This document shows, in pieces, positions 38,301-52,387 of a stretch of 64,000 bases of DNA. A model generated the notes under the pieces. The model was not told the DNA's origin and ran no database searches. It saw only the letters and a program-made list of their open reading frames with translations. The number at the start of each line of letters is the position of its first letter. The first letter of the stretch is position 1. The stretch is from Octopus bimaculoides (Eukaryota), in contig NC_068981.1 of the NCBI RefSeq assembly GCF_001194135.2, forward strand, positions 144,461,174 to 144,525,173. The letters run 5' to 3'. A program made the position numbers and the translations under genes.

Positions 38301-40340
38301 ACAAATATAAACTGGGGGTGAAAAATGAGCATTAACGTATTGTTCCATATTGTGCGTTAACCATCACGTGAACTAGGTGAAGATAATGATTTTCATAAAG
38401 TTGGTTCACTGTAAATGCTTCTGTACTGGTGGATCTTTTTATATTTCTTAAAGTATTTTCATATAGAAAAGAAAATAAAACTTAAATTCACTTACCTGTA
38501 TATTCACAGAATATAAGGATGGGCATTAACTGATCCAGTTTATCATCAAATGTTTACTGGACTAGCAAAATGTTGAAAAACAGATATAGAAGTTTCTTCG
38601 TCGGCTCATACGCAGTCATAGGGGTGATTACATTCAACTATTAGAAGATGAATGTCTTGGTGAGAAACACGATTCAGGATATAAAATGCAGACTCCTTGG
38701 TTGACGTATCTCAAAGTCTAGTACATCAGAAACTTTTCTTTTAAATGGAACTGAACTGTTAAAGTAAGTCCCAATAAAATTATTTTAACTGAGTAATCTA
38801 TTCTAGTCCATAATGTACTTAATTGAAATTCCGCTTTAAACCGTGTCTGTTTTCAAATCTGCTGTTTGAAAAGTCAATAAGTGGCATGTTGACTTATTTT
38901 GAGCAGTCCCTATGGTAACAAATACATATAACTCTTAGTATGTATATTAGAGGACTACAAATGTCCACCAGCATTTAATCAGCAGAGATATGTACGTTTC
39001 TATAGTTTACAATATATGGATTAAATTTTTAAATACTTCGGTGGCGATCTAAATCATCAATGGATTACAAGGCATTACAAATAACACACATACACACATA
39101 GTAGTATACGTATACACACACGCATGAACGCATACACACACACACAAACACAAACACGCAGACACACGCACACGCAGACACGCGCAGACACACGCACACG
39201 TGCGGGCGCACACACACACACACACACACAGACATACACACACACAGAGATCAACATCGGCGAGAGAGTGTCTATGTGCTTACATGACCTAATAGCCACT
39301 CTCTTAAAATTGCCAGGGCAAATTAAATAATGTACGCCGTCTTTTCCTTTTGGCATGTTTTTTTATCACAGATTTTCTGAGTTGGGATTGACACAGGATT
39401 AACCATCAACAACAAAAACTATAACAAAGAAATAGCGAAAAGGAAACACATCGCTTTTATATATTTTTTTAATAATTACATTATCTCTATTGCGATGATG
39501 ACTAAAATGTGTATAAAACTCGATGATGATAAACGAAAAATCTAAAGGAAATTGCAACAAAGAAAATTAGATGCAAATAATTGGAAAAATAAGTTTCAAA
39601 TGAGACGTAAAATTGTGTTAAGATAAATGAAAATACATTGCCATAATATGTACTAACAACGAACAAAATTATGAAAACAAACTTTCTCTTGCATAAGTAA
39701 TTGCTTCGAGATTATATAACTCAGAGAGACTATTTACATAATTATTAATTTAGTTAGTGTTAATATATTTAACGCAAGAAACATTAAAACACTAAGTAGA
39801 AATAATTATCCTGTAGGGAATAAACAACACAAGTTAATGACTAAACATTACTTAAACGACTTCCGTAAATACCAGACAAAATTCCGGACATGTTTCGCTC
39901 TTATTATGACCTCATGAACGAAGTATAGGCGATAAATTCACACACACACAGATGTATACAAATATGAGTGTATGTGTGTCTGTGTGTGTGTGTGTAACAC
40001 TAGAGTCGTCAAATGTAAGTTAGTATGATTTGGGAGCGCTTACCATACATTTTATAATTGTTTAATTGTTTTGGGGACCCAAACAGTCGTTAGTACAGAT
40101 ACAGACACTCTTTACACAACTACCACTTTTGTCTCAATAGAAGTTCTATGATGTCATTGTTTGGGGAAGAGAGGACTACACTCCCAATGGGCTAGGGGTC
40201 ATTTCTGTCTGGTAGACTAAACGTGAAATGAAGTGCCTTGCGTAAGAGAACTACGCGCTACCCAGTCCAGGAATCGAGTATATTATCTTATAATCTTGAG
40301 CTGAACATCCATCCCACTAGTCCCTACATACTATCTCAAG

Positions 40341-40453
40341 GTATACAGAAATTAATTGTAGAGAAAGAATTTCATTCGGATGATTTGGTAGATTACTGGT
40401 TCATCAATGAACACACAGACAAATACCAACACTCCCACAGCCCAATAACGCAA
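40341..40453 (+). CDS. Candidate internal exon (xIQKLIVEKEFHSDDLVDYWFINEHTDKYQHSHSPITQ)
   Basis: ctatctcaAG acceptor, CAA/GTAAGC donor, 37 open codons inside a 121-aa ORF; product not recognised. Confidence 0.3.
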
Positions 40454-40766
40454 GTAAGCAGTTTGTTACTTCATATCAAATCAAAAATCAAAATATTAAA
40501 ATATAAAAAAAAGTTTAAAATGAATAAATTAGCATTTCCCTTTCTTACACACACTTATAATTCTTCAATGATTTATAATATCTCTAGCTCTGTAATGCTA
40601 TAATCAATTTGTGTATTTCCGGCCATGCAACTCTACTGAATTCTTTTTAAACGCAAATGGGAGTTTTCGTAACAAGAAAGTAAAGCAATGCATCGTCCAA
40701 TTAGCTTAAAACATACGCACACAAACATGTGTATGTATATATGTTAGACACTGAAGCCTTCTCCTT

Positions 40767-40797
<31 letters not shown>

Positions 40798-40829
40798 GGT
40801 TACAACGGGGATATACGTAGCATTATGCT

Positions 40830-42300
40830 TGCTTCTATCTCTCAAACAAGCCGTATGTTTTCTCTTCTTCAATATATTCGCTGCGGGATCGATATACTTG
40901 ATTATTGCGTTGTCTGAATCAGGGTTGTTGATCCTACATCACTTCCTTTTCAAGCCATTTGTTATCTAGAGAACAGTTGTCGGATGAGCTGTAGTTACAT
41001 AGATATTGAAGAGAATTATTTAGAGTAATTTTTTTTCTATTAAATATTTGTGATCCTATATTTAGGACGAAAACGTAACTAGCGTTAGCAGTGTTTCAAT
41101 TAAATATTGAATGGTATTTATGTGAAGGTGGAAAGTGTATATCAATTAATGTTGGAAGCGGCTAGAAGTATTTCTTGCCACGTTCAATACGGTGGATTGA
41201 ACCAGGATTTTTCTTACTGCGTCTATGGGATGTAATGGGGAGGGTTGTCGTTGAAGTTTTAACTTGCTAATACGTAGTTGTAATACAGGACAGCTCTATA
41301 GAATTCGCTTCATTTGAAGAATTCGCTTCATGACGTGCTTTATGATTATTTACGGATAATTTGTGAACTGCTAATGTCGGTGACTTCTGAAATTGTTTCA
41401 CGAAAAGGCTGATATATATATCTGTTCTTTGAAACATGTTAAAATTCAAATAATTGACTATTTTGAGCTTGGTATAAACTGTAAACATTAGGCTACGATG
41501 TGTTAATATTGTAATTTACTTATTCCTAATAGTATCCATTTTGTCGCATCTATTTTTGTAACGTATCACCCCTTAAGGCATCATCCCTGTATAGTCCTAC
41601 ATTGGCTTCTTTTATTTCACTGTTTAGTCTATATCGGATAAATAGGTCAATCAAATCCGAAATTTTAGCCTCATTGTACCTCCTATCATGACATCAACGA
41701 GTTCATCACCGCATTTTTTTTAACACAATAGGAATTTTTGTAACAAGAAAGTGATGATTTTCTGGCATTCATCTTTATAATAAGTTGGATTCGAACCTAT
41801 AGTGTATAACTTTTCGGATTCGAGGGCCTGGAGCAGAAGGACTTTTGAGATTGACGAGTAAAATCCAAAAATGTCAAACTGTATAAAGTTCGATGTGTGT
41901 TTATAATTTATACACACAAACCAATCAATGATTCCACCGTACATACGCATTATTTGAGTTAACTCCAATATTTATAATAATTCTATATAATATCGATTTG
42001 CTAATGATGGATTTTTCACTTTTAGTGTGATGAATTTGTCGATAGTTGAGATTTTAGTTAAGATTCACAGTCATAAAAGAGTTTCCATCTCTAGTGATTC
42101 ATCGGTGAAACCGCCGCATGATTCTAACACTCGAGTCTCTTTGAGATGTTTCTCTATCATAACTAGTGCTGTTGTACGTTTGTACACATATTTGAAATGT
42201 CATATACACCAGTAATTTCATCTGAAGTGTTTTCAATTTTGAACGTTGATTTAATTGTAGCCTGATTTACTTTCCCTCAAAGTAAATGTTTTACATAACA
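40830..42300 (-). mobile_element. Penelope-like element, long and heavily decayed (RT to GIY-YIG)
   Basis: IIDWFVCINYKHTSNFIQFDIFGFYSSIS; NVGLYRDD (~41580-41600); WFNPPY; LCNYSSSDNCSLDNKWLEKEV..KYI. Confidence 0.85.
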
Positions 42301-43648
42301 ATTTGGGTGATTACAGGCAATCAGTATTACACCTAAATAAATGAATAATAAATGAGCAAGTAACAATCATCATTATAAAGTATTGAATGCACAAGTTTAA
42401 AAATGGAAAGTAACTGAAATTTAGAAAAATTAAATGTTCAAATTTAAGCCAGCTTTATTTAAAAGTATTTGTAAAGTCAGTTGTGTTCAGGTGTTTTGAA
42501 AATATGCATAAAATATGTGAATTAAAGTTTTACTCTTATCACCAGATTGATAATATTTGGTAATATTGCTGTTATGAAAAAGGAGAATACAATAATCGCA
42601 CATTTTATAGGAAAATGGCAGATTATTGAAACTGCATGGTTATTAACTTCGTCAAATATGCCTCATATTTTAGAATAGCTGAAAAAAGGCTCGGTTGAAT
42701 AGAAGCAAATTTTGTTTAGTTCCTGGAATACAGATAATCTGACTGGTGCACTGTCTTTGATACTTTGTATGTAACTTGTAAAAGAAACAGAAACTGCAAA
42801 GGTTTGAGGGCTTAAAGATGTTCCAACGAAACGAAGCGCTGTGCATAATGATTTGTCTAAGAACATACGGCTTTTAAAAGCTAATGAAACGGCTATGGCT
42901 TGTGACAATAAAAACATTACTTGCGGCAGATAGTTTGACTGGGTAAGTAAGCCTTGCAGTACTCACTCTATTATAACATGATTCGCTGTAAACCTCAGTC
43001 AATATAGTAGCAATTATTGGCATAATAAACCGTCGAAGGTATGCGTAATATATATAATCACTTCAAATGTTTGTAGCATAAACCTGTTACATCCAACAAA
43101 ATATATTTAAGTTTAGGTAGAACCCTTTTTAGTATATTCTACTTTGTGATAGTGACACCCAGTTGCTATTCTTGCGAGGCGAATACTGAAACCCTTACAC
43201 TGAAGTGAGTGGTTTTGCCGTCCTGTCGAGGCACGTGCTACTGTTATTCTAACAAGTACCACAATTATTCTACCCAGAGAAGAGACATCGAGGCGATACA
43301 TTTTAAAACGTGAAATATCCAGGTAAGAGCTGAACAGTTAGGAATTTTAAAATCATTTTATAACGACGATAATATCATAATTAATTTATGTACCACACAG
43401 CCTGTTATTAGATCAATTCGTTTATTGAGTAATCACTTAATAACACCAATTCGTCTCTCCAATCTGAATCATGACATTTAACGGCATGCAATTTTTCTAA
43501 GGAATGTTGTAATTATTGTTATTACTCAGAGACGCAGCCACTTATACCTGCCCTCTCTCTCTCTCTCTCTCTCTCTCTTTATCTCTCACTCCCTTTCTCT
43601 CTCTTCCCTCTCTCTTTCTCTCTCATATGTTATCATTATTAATATCTA

Positions 43649-43852
43649 GAGCAGTGAGTTCGCTGTATCGTTATTACGTCGAGCAAAATACTTCGCGGCA
43701 TTTCATCTGAGTTCGATTTCCACAAAGGTCAACTTTGCTTTTCCACCTTTCACGGTCGATAAAATAAAATATCAGTCAGGTGCTGGGAGTTGATATATCG
43801 AAGAACCGAAGCCCCTAAAATTGCTGGCTTTGTGCTAAAATTTGAAACCATT
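43649..43852 (+). mobile_element. SINE family B
   Basis: Family pattern through gtgctaaaatttgaaacc tail. Confidence 0.75.
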
Positions 43853-43854
43853 AT

Positions 43855-44070
43855 TATTCTTTTCTACTCTAAGTACAAAGCCCGAAAGTTTTCGGGAGAG
43901 ACCAAGTCGATTAGATCGATCCAGTTCGTAACTGTTATTTAATTTATCAACCCCGCAAGGATGAAAGACAAAGTCGACCTCGGCGGAATTTGAACTCAGA
44001 ACATAAAGGCAAACGAAATACCGATAAACATTTCGCCCGTCGTGCTAACGTTTCTGCCAGCTCGCCGCCT
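43855..44070 (-). mobile_element. SINE family B, little diverged
   Basis: Reverse complement aggcggcgagctggcagaaacgttagcacg..gagttcaaattccgccgaggtcgactttgtctttcatcc. Confidence 0.9.
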
Positions 44071-44105
44071 TTAAAATTAAAATTAAAATTAAAATTAAAA
44101 TTAAA

Positions 44106-44161
<56 letters not shown>

Positions 44162-44179
44162 TACTATTACTATTACTAT

Positions 44180-44276
<97 letters not shown>

Positions 44277-44295
44277 TATATATATATATATATAT
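44071..44295. repeat. Compound (TTAAAA)n/(ATT)n/(ACT)n/(AAT)n/(AT)n microsatellite
   Basis: Directly visible tandem runs. Confidence 0.9.
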
Positions 44296-45466
44296 GCGCA
44301 TAGGTCTGCGGCATTATTATGGGGATGATTACATGGAAATAGCTTCGTGTGGATCTCTGCAATCACTTGTTTATTCACATATGAAAATTTATACTTTTTC
44401 CTGAAGTTATTTTCACTTGGGTAGTTAAGAGAGTTTCAAACACTGATGGAAACTTGGTCGGTTGTAGACTCACAATTTTTACTTTATAGAAAACACTCAT
44501 GTTCTGTGTACTGATTCATAACAGCCGTTGTCAGCTATATTTCTATTCATAAATATAATATTCATCATACAAGAAGTTTCTAAGAAAAATGAACTTACTT
44601 TTTTCTTTTCAAGCAAAAGTTGAAATCGATGATATTAATATTTGGTTGAGTATTAGAAGTGCGTAGTCGCTTGATTCAATTATTGAATCCTTTAGAAATT
44701 GTGACTGTTAGTATCAAAGATCATGCTTGAATAAATTCACATATTATAGTTTAAAAAATTAATGGCAGAAAAAATATGGTGAGTCGTCTTTCAAAGCCTT
44801 GGTTTTTCTATTAGTTTCATTTTTAATGTATCATGCGATTGTGTAGGAAATTACCTAGGTTACATATCATCTAATGCATAACTTTCCTCTGGCTACGACA
44901 TTTTCAAAAAATTTTACTACCACTTCATTTTGTTTATTCAGTAGATTTGGTTCGTAAACTTCTCAGCTTATATGTCTTTTTCACTATTTCATATTTTCTA
45001 ATATTTTTACTGTTTACAGATTTCAGATATTATGTTAGATGCAAAAGAAAAGAGAAGTAAGGAAAAGAAATGAAGAGAGAAAGTAATACTTAATATTAAA
45101 TCCAAATACAATTTCCGTTTACTCAAAATATTTCTACAACTTTGTAAAATCATATTTACATTTGAAAACACATAAATAAACTCACAATCAGAGTATTTCG
45201 TAAAATCTATAACATAATGCAACATATCGTAATGTACTAATGTACTGTCATATTTATCGAATTAGGATGAATTTGTATAACTCAATTTTATGACATAAAA
45301 AAAATTACAATAAACAATTTCGTTAAATTATTCATCATAAGTCTTTATTATCTCAACTATCTTCTGTAGCTTAATACGTGGACTTAATATTTTTGTATGT
45401 AATATATGTATTATGCATTTAATATTAAATATCTAATATACTTTGAAATAGATGTTTATTTATATT

Positions 45467-45680
45467 CTTTTCTAATCTAGGCACATGGTCTGAAAATTGG
45501 GGGAGGGGGCCAGGCGATTAGATCGACTCCAGTAGGCAACTGGTACTTAATTCATCGACCCCGAAAGGATGAAAGGCAAAGTCGACCTCGGCAGAATTTG
45601 AACTCAGAACGTAAAGACAGGCGAAATACCGCTAAGCATTTCGCCCAGCGTGCTAACGTTTCTGTTAGCTCGCTGCCTTC
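45467..45680 (-). mobile_element. SINE family B with 16-bp target-site duplication
   Basis: gatgtttatttatatt at 45451-45466 and 45681-45696. Confidence 0.92.
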
Positions 45681-48600
45681 GATGTTTATTTATATTGATT
45701 TAAAAAATTCCTTTCTCATTTTGTTTTGGATCCATTTCTATAACTAAGAGAAATTATGTCCTATAAATGGAGAAATGTCTTTAAATCGAAATGAAATCAT
45801 TGATCTTACTCTCTGGCTCCGTTCGTCCTATCAAATAAGACGGCTAAATAACATGGAAATCAACAAAAACATCAGCGCAATACTAATTTGTATTCCCAAA
45901 AGTAGCTATCTCAAATAGACAGTAAACAATTTCTTAAATCATTGAACTAATATATCAAAAAATAAGATAAAACAATGTTTAGAAATCAGTGCGGATTCTT
46001 GTCTTTTAAAGCAACTTAGCTATAACATCCGCACAACTTAATATATATTAGATCAGAAATTACATTTTCGTAATTATATTTTCGCAAAAGAAAAAAATGC
46101 GCTGAAGGGATAAATTGAGTTTTTAGGTTAAGCACGTTCTAGGTTTGTTTGAAATCTTGACTACAGAATTTTAATGAGTAATGATTTACGAAGGCATAAA
46201 TATTCATTTACAAATTTTGAGAGTTTTATTTTCTATCAACGGATGGTGTTGAAACAGCTGAGAAATTTAAACACCGAACTCGCTATCTTTCAAGTTATAC
46301 ACAGAAAATGAGCTTTTCTTAGGAATGAAAGTTAAGTAAAGATTCTTCAGTTATATAGTGATTCCATTACTTTTAATGGAGAAACGCACCATCCAAGACA
46401 ACATGATTTTATTAAGATGATGGAATACCTGAGATCATAACGTGTTGGTGGGGAATAAATGAAAAAGAATCTAATTTCCTGTTCAATATTACTCTTTCAC
46501 ATTTCTTCAAAGTCAATTTGTGCCATTAATTAGACAATCGATAAAATAAATATCAAATATCAATCTTATATTCAAATCAATTAAATTAACTATAATCACT
46601 AACCAAATGTTTTTGACGTTATGCAACTGTAAGAAATCGCTAACTCAAGAGGTGTTCGTAGAAAGCCGAAATATTAGACCGCTGTGGGGAATCAAATCAT
46701 GTGATTGAATTTTGCTCTTCAATAGAAAGTTAAGGGAGATGAAGAGCAAGAGCCCGAAACGTTAGTTTTCAGTCTTCACGACAGTTGCATGAACTCCATT
46801 CCATAAACTCTTCCTTGCACAAGTTGGCGCTCACTAATTTCTTCGGATTTCAGATCTATTTTCAGATAGCAAATGTTCTGTGGTTATAGACATAACAGGA
46901 GATAATTCTGTTGGATATTAATATAGCAGAATATTTTTGTTCAAATGTACCGATTTTAACTTCACGCTGGTTTTCTAAGTATGCGTGTATGTGTGTATAT
47001 ATACATATAACAAGCTTACTCACAGTTTTTAACACTCAATTTTACATGTGTATTTGTCAACCCAAGGCTATGGTATAGAACACATGCTCAAAGTGTCATG
47101 CTATGAAATCAAGAAGGAAACTAGAGTAATTGTTTGCATTAACGTCGATGGTGGCAGTTTTATTCATCCCCTGTAAGTCTGGGGATTAGAATAGTGCTTA
47201 AATACTTCCTTGTTAAATACTTTGTAATGTGAATATATGTTTAGAAATGCTGCATGTATCTTATTAGAAGAATTCTTACAGAGAAGAAGAATGAATTTAG
47301 GAACTATATATTTATTCACTGGTTGTCGATGAAACATAATCAAAATGTAGAAACTAATTGAATGAAATAATCTAAGCAAGAAAGTTCAAAAATATAGAAA
47401 TAATAGCTAAATAGTAATGTGGCATAGAGAAATAGAAAGACATAGCAACAACGTGAGTGGCTCTTTTGTCTAATCGACAAAGAAGCAAGGAGCAGGGCAA
47501 ACAAACTGTTTTTATTAATGGAACGCTGGACATTCTAGAAATTTCCAAGAGAAACGCGAAGCTTCTTGAATAATTAAGAATTACTTCTCATGAAATATAA
47601 TCTTCCGAGAAATTTACTAACACTTCTTGCAAGATTATATCATTCCATTATTTTAGCTACAGACAACAAACTACTACAACTTCCTTATTCTCGATAAAAT
47701 AATAATTCTGGAGAGAATAGACGTTTAATAAGGGTTAATTTAATGAAGATATATATTGCAGTACTTTAATGTTGCGGAATTACTTTATTTTATGATCTAA
47801 TAATTACCATTTTATATAATACAATTCACTTACAGAGAAGGCTTTTTTTTTCCCAAAAGCAGAAACTATTATGAGAAAAATATTTATGTGACATTTATCT
47901 TTATTAAACTTTCACCCTAACATCTGAGAAGAGTGATTCGAAAAATAGAAAGAGGATATGAGTTTATGTCATGTACGTAGACAAAGTAATTAACACTGAA
48001 TAATTCCCGCTGCTAAGTCAATACTCTGTCCACTAAGAACAATGTACAATATAGACTGATCGATGAACTAGATATTTCCCCAGCAAGTGTAATATATAAC
48101 ATATTTACCTACTCAATACTTCAGCTTTTACATCTGCCATTTTTTTCTTCATATGGTATTAGTTTAAAAATCAAGAGGTGGATTGGTCATTATAGCAACT
48201 GACACAATGTCTTGCAATAATTATTCAGTCTCTTACATTCTGAATTCAAATTCCTCCGAGGTTAAATCTGTTTGTGCCTTTCACCAAAATGTAGCCATCA
48301 AATTTAGAGTTCGATATCATCGGCGTCTAAATTGTTCCGAAATGCAACGAACTATCACGTTACAGCTGGGCTCAAGTCCTTACACAACTATGAGACATCG
48401 ACGACAGACGACTTGTTAGAAAACGCTACCGTTCCATCACTATTATTTATTTATAAGACAGCACACACATCCTGTCTTCACACTCAAAACTGTGAACGAG
48501 GATATTAATTAGTTAGCTAACTTTTTCCCCCCATTAAATTCAAATAACAATTATAAAAATAATGTGTTTAGAATCAATACTATGAAGAAAACAATAAGCA

Positions 48601-49425
48601 GAAATAAACAAAGTAATGCTACATTTTCAGCGCAAAGATTTATCTCAGTCTGGTATAAAATAGAAAATCCTTTGTGGCAACGACTAGCAGGGCTGTTTGT
48701 TAGCTCATGGGGTACTTACCTCATTGTATTTCATGTTTTTTTTCTCCTCAAGCGTAACATTTTTATCTTTATTTTATTGAAGGTTATCTACAGCGACCGA
48801 CGCAAAAAGGAATCTGTACTAAAGTCATAAAGTTTAGAACAATTTAACAATTGTTCTCAAGATACTTTATTTATTTGCTTTGAGTAACTAACATCGAGAT
48901 ATCGGCTTTACAACATAGCTGGTTTATTGCACAGTAACAAGATGTTACATATACTTTCTCAATTCAATAGTTTCTTCAGCACTTGAATGATTTATTTTCC
49001 CAGTCTCTCTCATGGGTGGTGATGACGTCATAGATTTCTTTACTGACGGAAAGATGTCCATTGTGATTATCTTATCGTTCGCTGTTCAAATACAATAGCA
49101 TCAATATAACAAAATTCAACTGTTGGAACTATTTAGCCTCAGATTCAGCTCTGAATAAGCAGGTATTTGTTGACCAAAGTCATTACAACTGCGACCATTT
49201 AACATTGACCATTAATACGATAGAGAGGGTGTTTTAGCGACACTTGGGTGCGGTGTCTAGAAGTTAAGCAAACGTAATGTCTGCCGCAAGAGAATTCTGA
49301 GTTCTAGTAACAAACGCCATAGAAAAAGTATTAAGCTTGTAATCTTCTGGTAAGCAAAACCTCTAACTTAGTTTTAAAACACAACCGAAGTCATTTAATT
49401 CATGTTACTAATATCATGAAGATCA

Positions 49426-49562
49426 AAGGCGGCGATGTGACAGAATCGCTAGCACTCAGGGCAAAATGCTTAGCGGCGTTTCATCTATCTTTACATTCTA
49501 AATTCTAATTCCACCGAGGTCGATTTCGAAATTATTGGGCTTATGCCACAATTTGAAACCGA
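49426..49562 (+). mobile_element. SINE family B, internally deleted
   Basis: aaggcggcgatgtgacagaatcgctagca..ccaccgaggtcga..caatttgaaacc. Confidence 0.7.
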
Positions 49563-50377
49563 TATATGTATGAACATCACATCATCCAGTATTCTTTGTG
49601 TTCAATGAAAATGCATCAACATTAATTTAGCGCTTAGCCACAAGAAAACACATTTTAAGGTGGAGCGATCCCGGAATGATGATAGTCCAAGTTTAACTTG
49701 ATAAGATTTGAACTCAGGATGTAACGAACCATATATAATTAGAACTCGAATGACTCCACCTATTCACTATGCAAAAATGTAGCAAATAGTGATAGCGATT
49801 TAATTTATTGCGTCTGTATGGAACTAAAAGATCGGATTACCATATGATGAATATATCTGCTAAAAATAGCTGCAAAATATCACTCATATTACAGTCTACA
49901 CCTCATAAAGTGCAGGACACATTAAATAATCTAGTCCGCATCCTGTTGATCATTGTTTTCCTCGTTCGGTACCGACTCGTGGTTAAATGACAATAATAAA
50001 AACCACAACTCCCCCTCCTTCTACGATATGTATTTTGGTTATTTCGTCTCATCAATAGAATTGTATGCTGTATACACACGCACATAGTTTATCGATCTTT
50101 GTGATATGAAAGTCAAAATCAAACTCAATAACGTAGACGAACGAAATTAAACTGTATAAGATATTTACTTCTCTACTCAAATATTTCTGCCAACTAGGTT
50201 GAACTAACAAAGAAATATTAAATTTTTAGATTGGCAGGAGGTCACGGATTTGGTGAGGAAGAAAGGCAAGGTATAGTTGACTAAATCGAATCCAGAGCAT
50301 GCTATCATATAATCATTCCGAACACAGATAAACCCACAGAATAGATTATTGAATAAAAAGATATTTGTTTAGCCAAG

Positions 50378-50530
50378 GACAGCGAATTGACAGAATCTTT
50401 TGGTAGTAATTCTTGGCAGCATTCGTTCCAACTCAATGCGTTCTGAGTTCAAATCCCTCAAAGATAAACTTTGCATTTCGTCTTTCTTTCGTGGTTGATA
50501 AATAAAGTATCAGTTGAGTACTAAGTCGGT
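50378..50530 (+). mobile_element. SINE family B, diverged
   Basis: ggacagcgaattgacagaatc..ttctgagttcaaatcc..gttgataaataaagtatcagttg. Confidence 0.65.
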
Positions 50531-50864
50531 CCTTATTCCTTTGTATGTTAATTGAATCTCTAATTAAAAGGTGCAAACTTCTTTTACTGTGTCACGCCAA
50601 TTAGGCTGGGAATTATGTAAAGAATACATATGACCAAGGAATATGTTAATTTCAACTATAGGAATTTCATCGGATACGTGCGTATAAACTATATTCGCCG
50701 GACATAACCGGTTTTTGTGTGTGTACATATATGTTTATACGTGTATGTAAACTGTATTGGACAATACTTGTACGTACAAGTATACTTAGATGTACAGATA
50801 TACATAGAAAGGAATAGATATGTAGGTGACGTGCGCACATATACAACTGATAGGTAAGTAGATA

Positions 50865-51480
50865 CGAGTTCTGTTCAATAAGTATCCGGACTGTTGCCAT
50901 AGTAACGAAGCTAAAGCAGGCAGAGTAAAGCCGCTTCGCACGCATTGACCTTGAACTATGTTGTGCGTTAGCACTAAGGTTTAACGTTCTACTTCACTTC
51001 CGAGTGGTACAGACGTTTCGAAGATGGCCCCAAAAATGTCGATATTGACGAACGCTCTGGGAGACTCGCAACCAGCCGAACTGAAAACAACACTGTATAT
51101 GTCCGTACAGCAGTGAATGAAAATCGACGAATCACCATCCGTGATTTATCAGAGAATATGCAGATTTGTTACGGTTCAGTTCAGTCCATTATCACTGAAG
51201 ATTTGGGTATGAGACGCTTATCGGCCAAGTTTGTGCCAAAACTCTTTCAGCTGACCAAAAGGACACTCGGGTTTCAGTTGCACAAGATCTTAATCGTGTC
51301 GAGAACGATGAAAACTATTTGAAATCTTTGCGTAGGCCTCTGAGTAGTTATCGCCAAACTTATGGCAAAATTTGATGCAGATTCTCTGCTCAACTTACTG
51401 TCATAGTCATTGCGACGTACACTCGCCACACATGTACCTTCCAAGCACTGCTGTAAACAGCGGAAGTGAGGTGAACATTA
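50865..51480 (+). mobile_element. mariner transposon, internally deleted
   Basis: TA followed by TIR-like CGAGTTCTGTTCAATAAGTATCCGGAC; NENRRITIRDLSENMQICYGSVQSIITEDLGMRRLSAKFVPKL (mariner HTH and WVP-like motif). Confidence 0.85.
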
Positions 51481-51486
51481 CTTAAA

Positions 51487-51605
51487 TTTGTTGAAGAGCG
51501 AAGACTCGGAACGTAAAAGACTCTTTCCTTTTCCCGAGCGTCAAACTAATACACTAGCTTGTTATTCATACGCCTGCCTTCGTCTTTTGTTTTTCTATAA
51601 ATTTC

Positions 51606-51610
<5 letters not shown>
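51487..51610 (+). mobile_element. Second, degenerate copy of the minimal-hammerhead repeat
   Basis: TTGTTGA-A-GAGCGAAGACTC-GGAAC-GTA-AAAGA then body matching the reverse complement of 17965-18060. Confidence 0.6.
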
Positions 51611-51640
<30 letters not shown>

Positions 51641-51798
51641 CATGCATATAAGAGGGGTGTCCACTAAGTGGACATCCCTTTTGCTAGAAGACCACCTACA
51701 GTCTGACCATTGCGAAAAGATTGTTCTCAAGAAAATTCAGCAAAGACCAGAATGTAAGCGAGCAAGACAAATGAAAAGATACAAAATATAAAAAAATT

Positions 51799-51870
51799 AT
51801 CATAGACCGGTTTCGTTGTTAACTACTTACGTAATTACTTACGTAATTGTCTGCAGATCTTCAGTATGAT
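51799..51870 (-). ncRNA. Type I hammerhead ribozyme motif
   Basis: ATCATA-CTGAAGA-(43 nt)-GAAAC-CG-GTC-TATGAT; perfect 6-bp stem I; stem II closing pair mismatched in this copy. Confidence 0.7.
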
Positions 51871-52315
51871 CGTCTTTTGCAATATAATTTGCATAACCGT
51901 ACGCGAGACATCCGCATGAGATTGAACATGTACTTAGTTCTACCAATTACATTTGGGGTAATGCTTCAAAATCTTCGTTTTGGCGCGCCAAATACCGGAA
52001 ATAATTCTGCAGAAATAATTCTCTGCAGTGAATTTTGCCGGTTCGAGAACAGTTATTTAAATTTAAATAATAAGGGTGAAAAATTGAATATTAATTTGAT
52101 TAACATCAATTTAAAACCAGTGGCCTAGCAAATTCTGAAAACTTATATTACATACATATGAGAGGGATGACCACTAAGTGGACATCCCTTTTGCTAGAAA
52201 AAGGCCACCTACGGTCTGACCACTAAGAAAAGATTGCAATTGGTAGAACTATACACATGTTCAACCAAATGCGGACGTCCCGTGTATAGTTCTGTAATTT
52301 ATATTGCAAAGGACG

Positions 52316-52387
52316 ATCGTACTGAAGAGTTACAGACAATTACGTAAGTAATTACGTAAGTAGTTAACAACGAAACCGATCAATGAT
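52316..52387 (+). ncRNA. Type I hammerhead ribozyme motif, inverted sister copy
   Basis: ATCGTA-CTGAAGA-GTT..AAC-GAAAC-CG-ATC-AATGAT. Confidence 0.6.

Noticed and set aside
38510-38763. Several AG/GT-bounded blocks on both strands
   Set aside because: Stops directly after the good acceptors; no consistent exon.
42877-43322. Three small plus-strand exon-like blocks that could be spliced into a short secreted-peptide-like precursor with a KR site
   Set aside because: Phases of the first two do not match and the model relies on picking among chance splice sites.
46736-46763. Hammerhead-like GAUGA-A-GAGC-AAGA-GCCC-GAAAC-GUU
   Set aside because: C3/U4 missing, mismatch in stem II and no stem I pairing.
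48720-49110. Strong splice-like sites and a 39-codon minus-strand terminal-exon-like frame
   Set aside because: No supporting neighbouring exon; frames closed or ambiguous.
51847-52128. 93-aa ORF inside the hammerhead repeat
   Set aside because: Antisense to the ribozyme, no recognisable domain.
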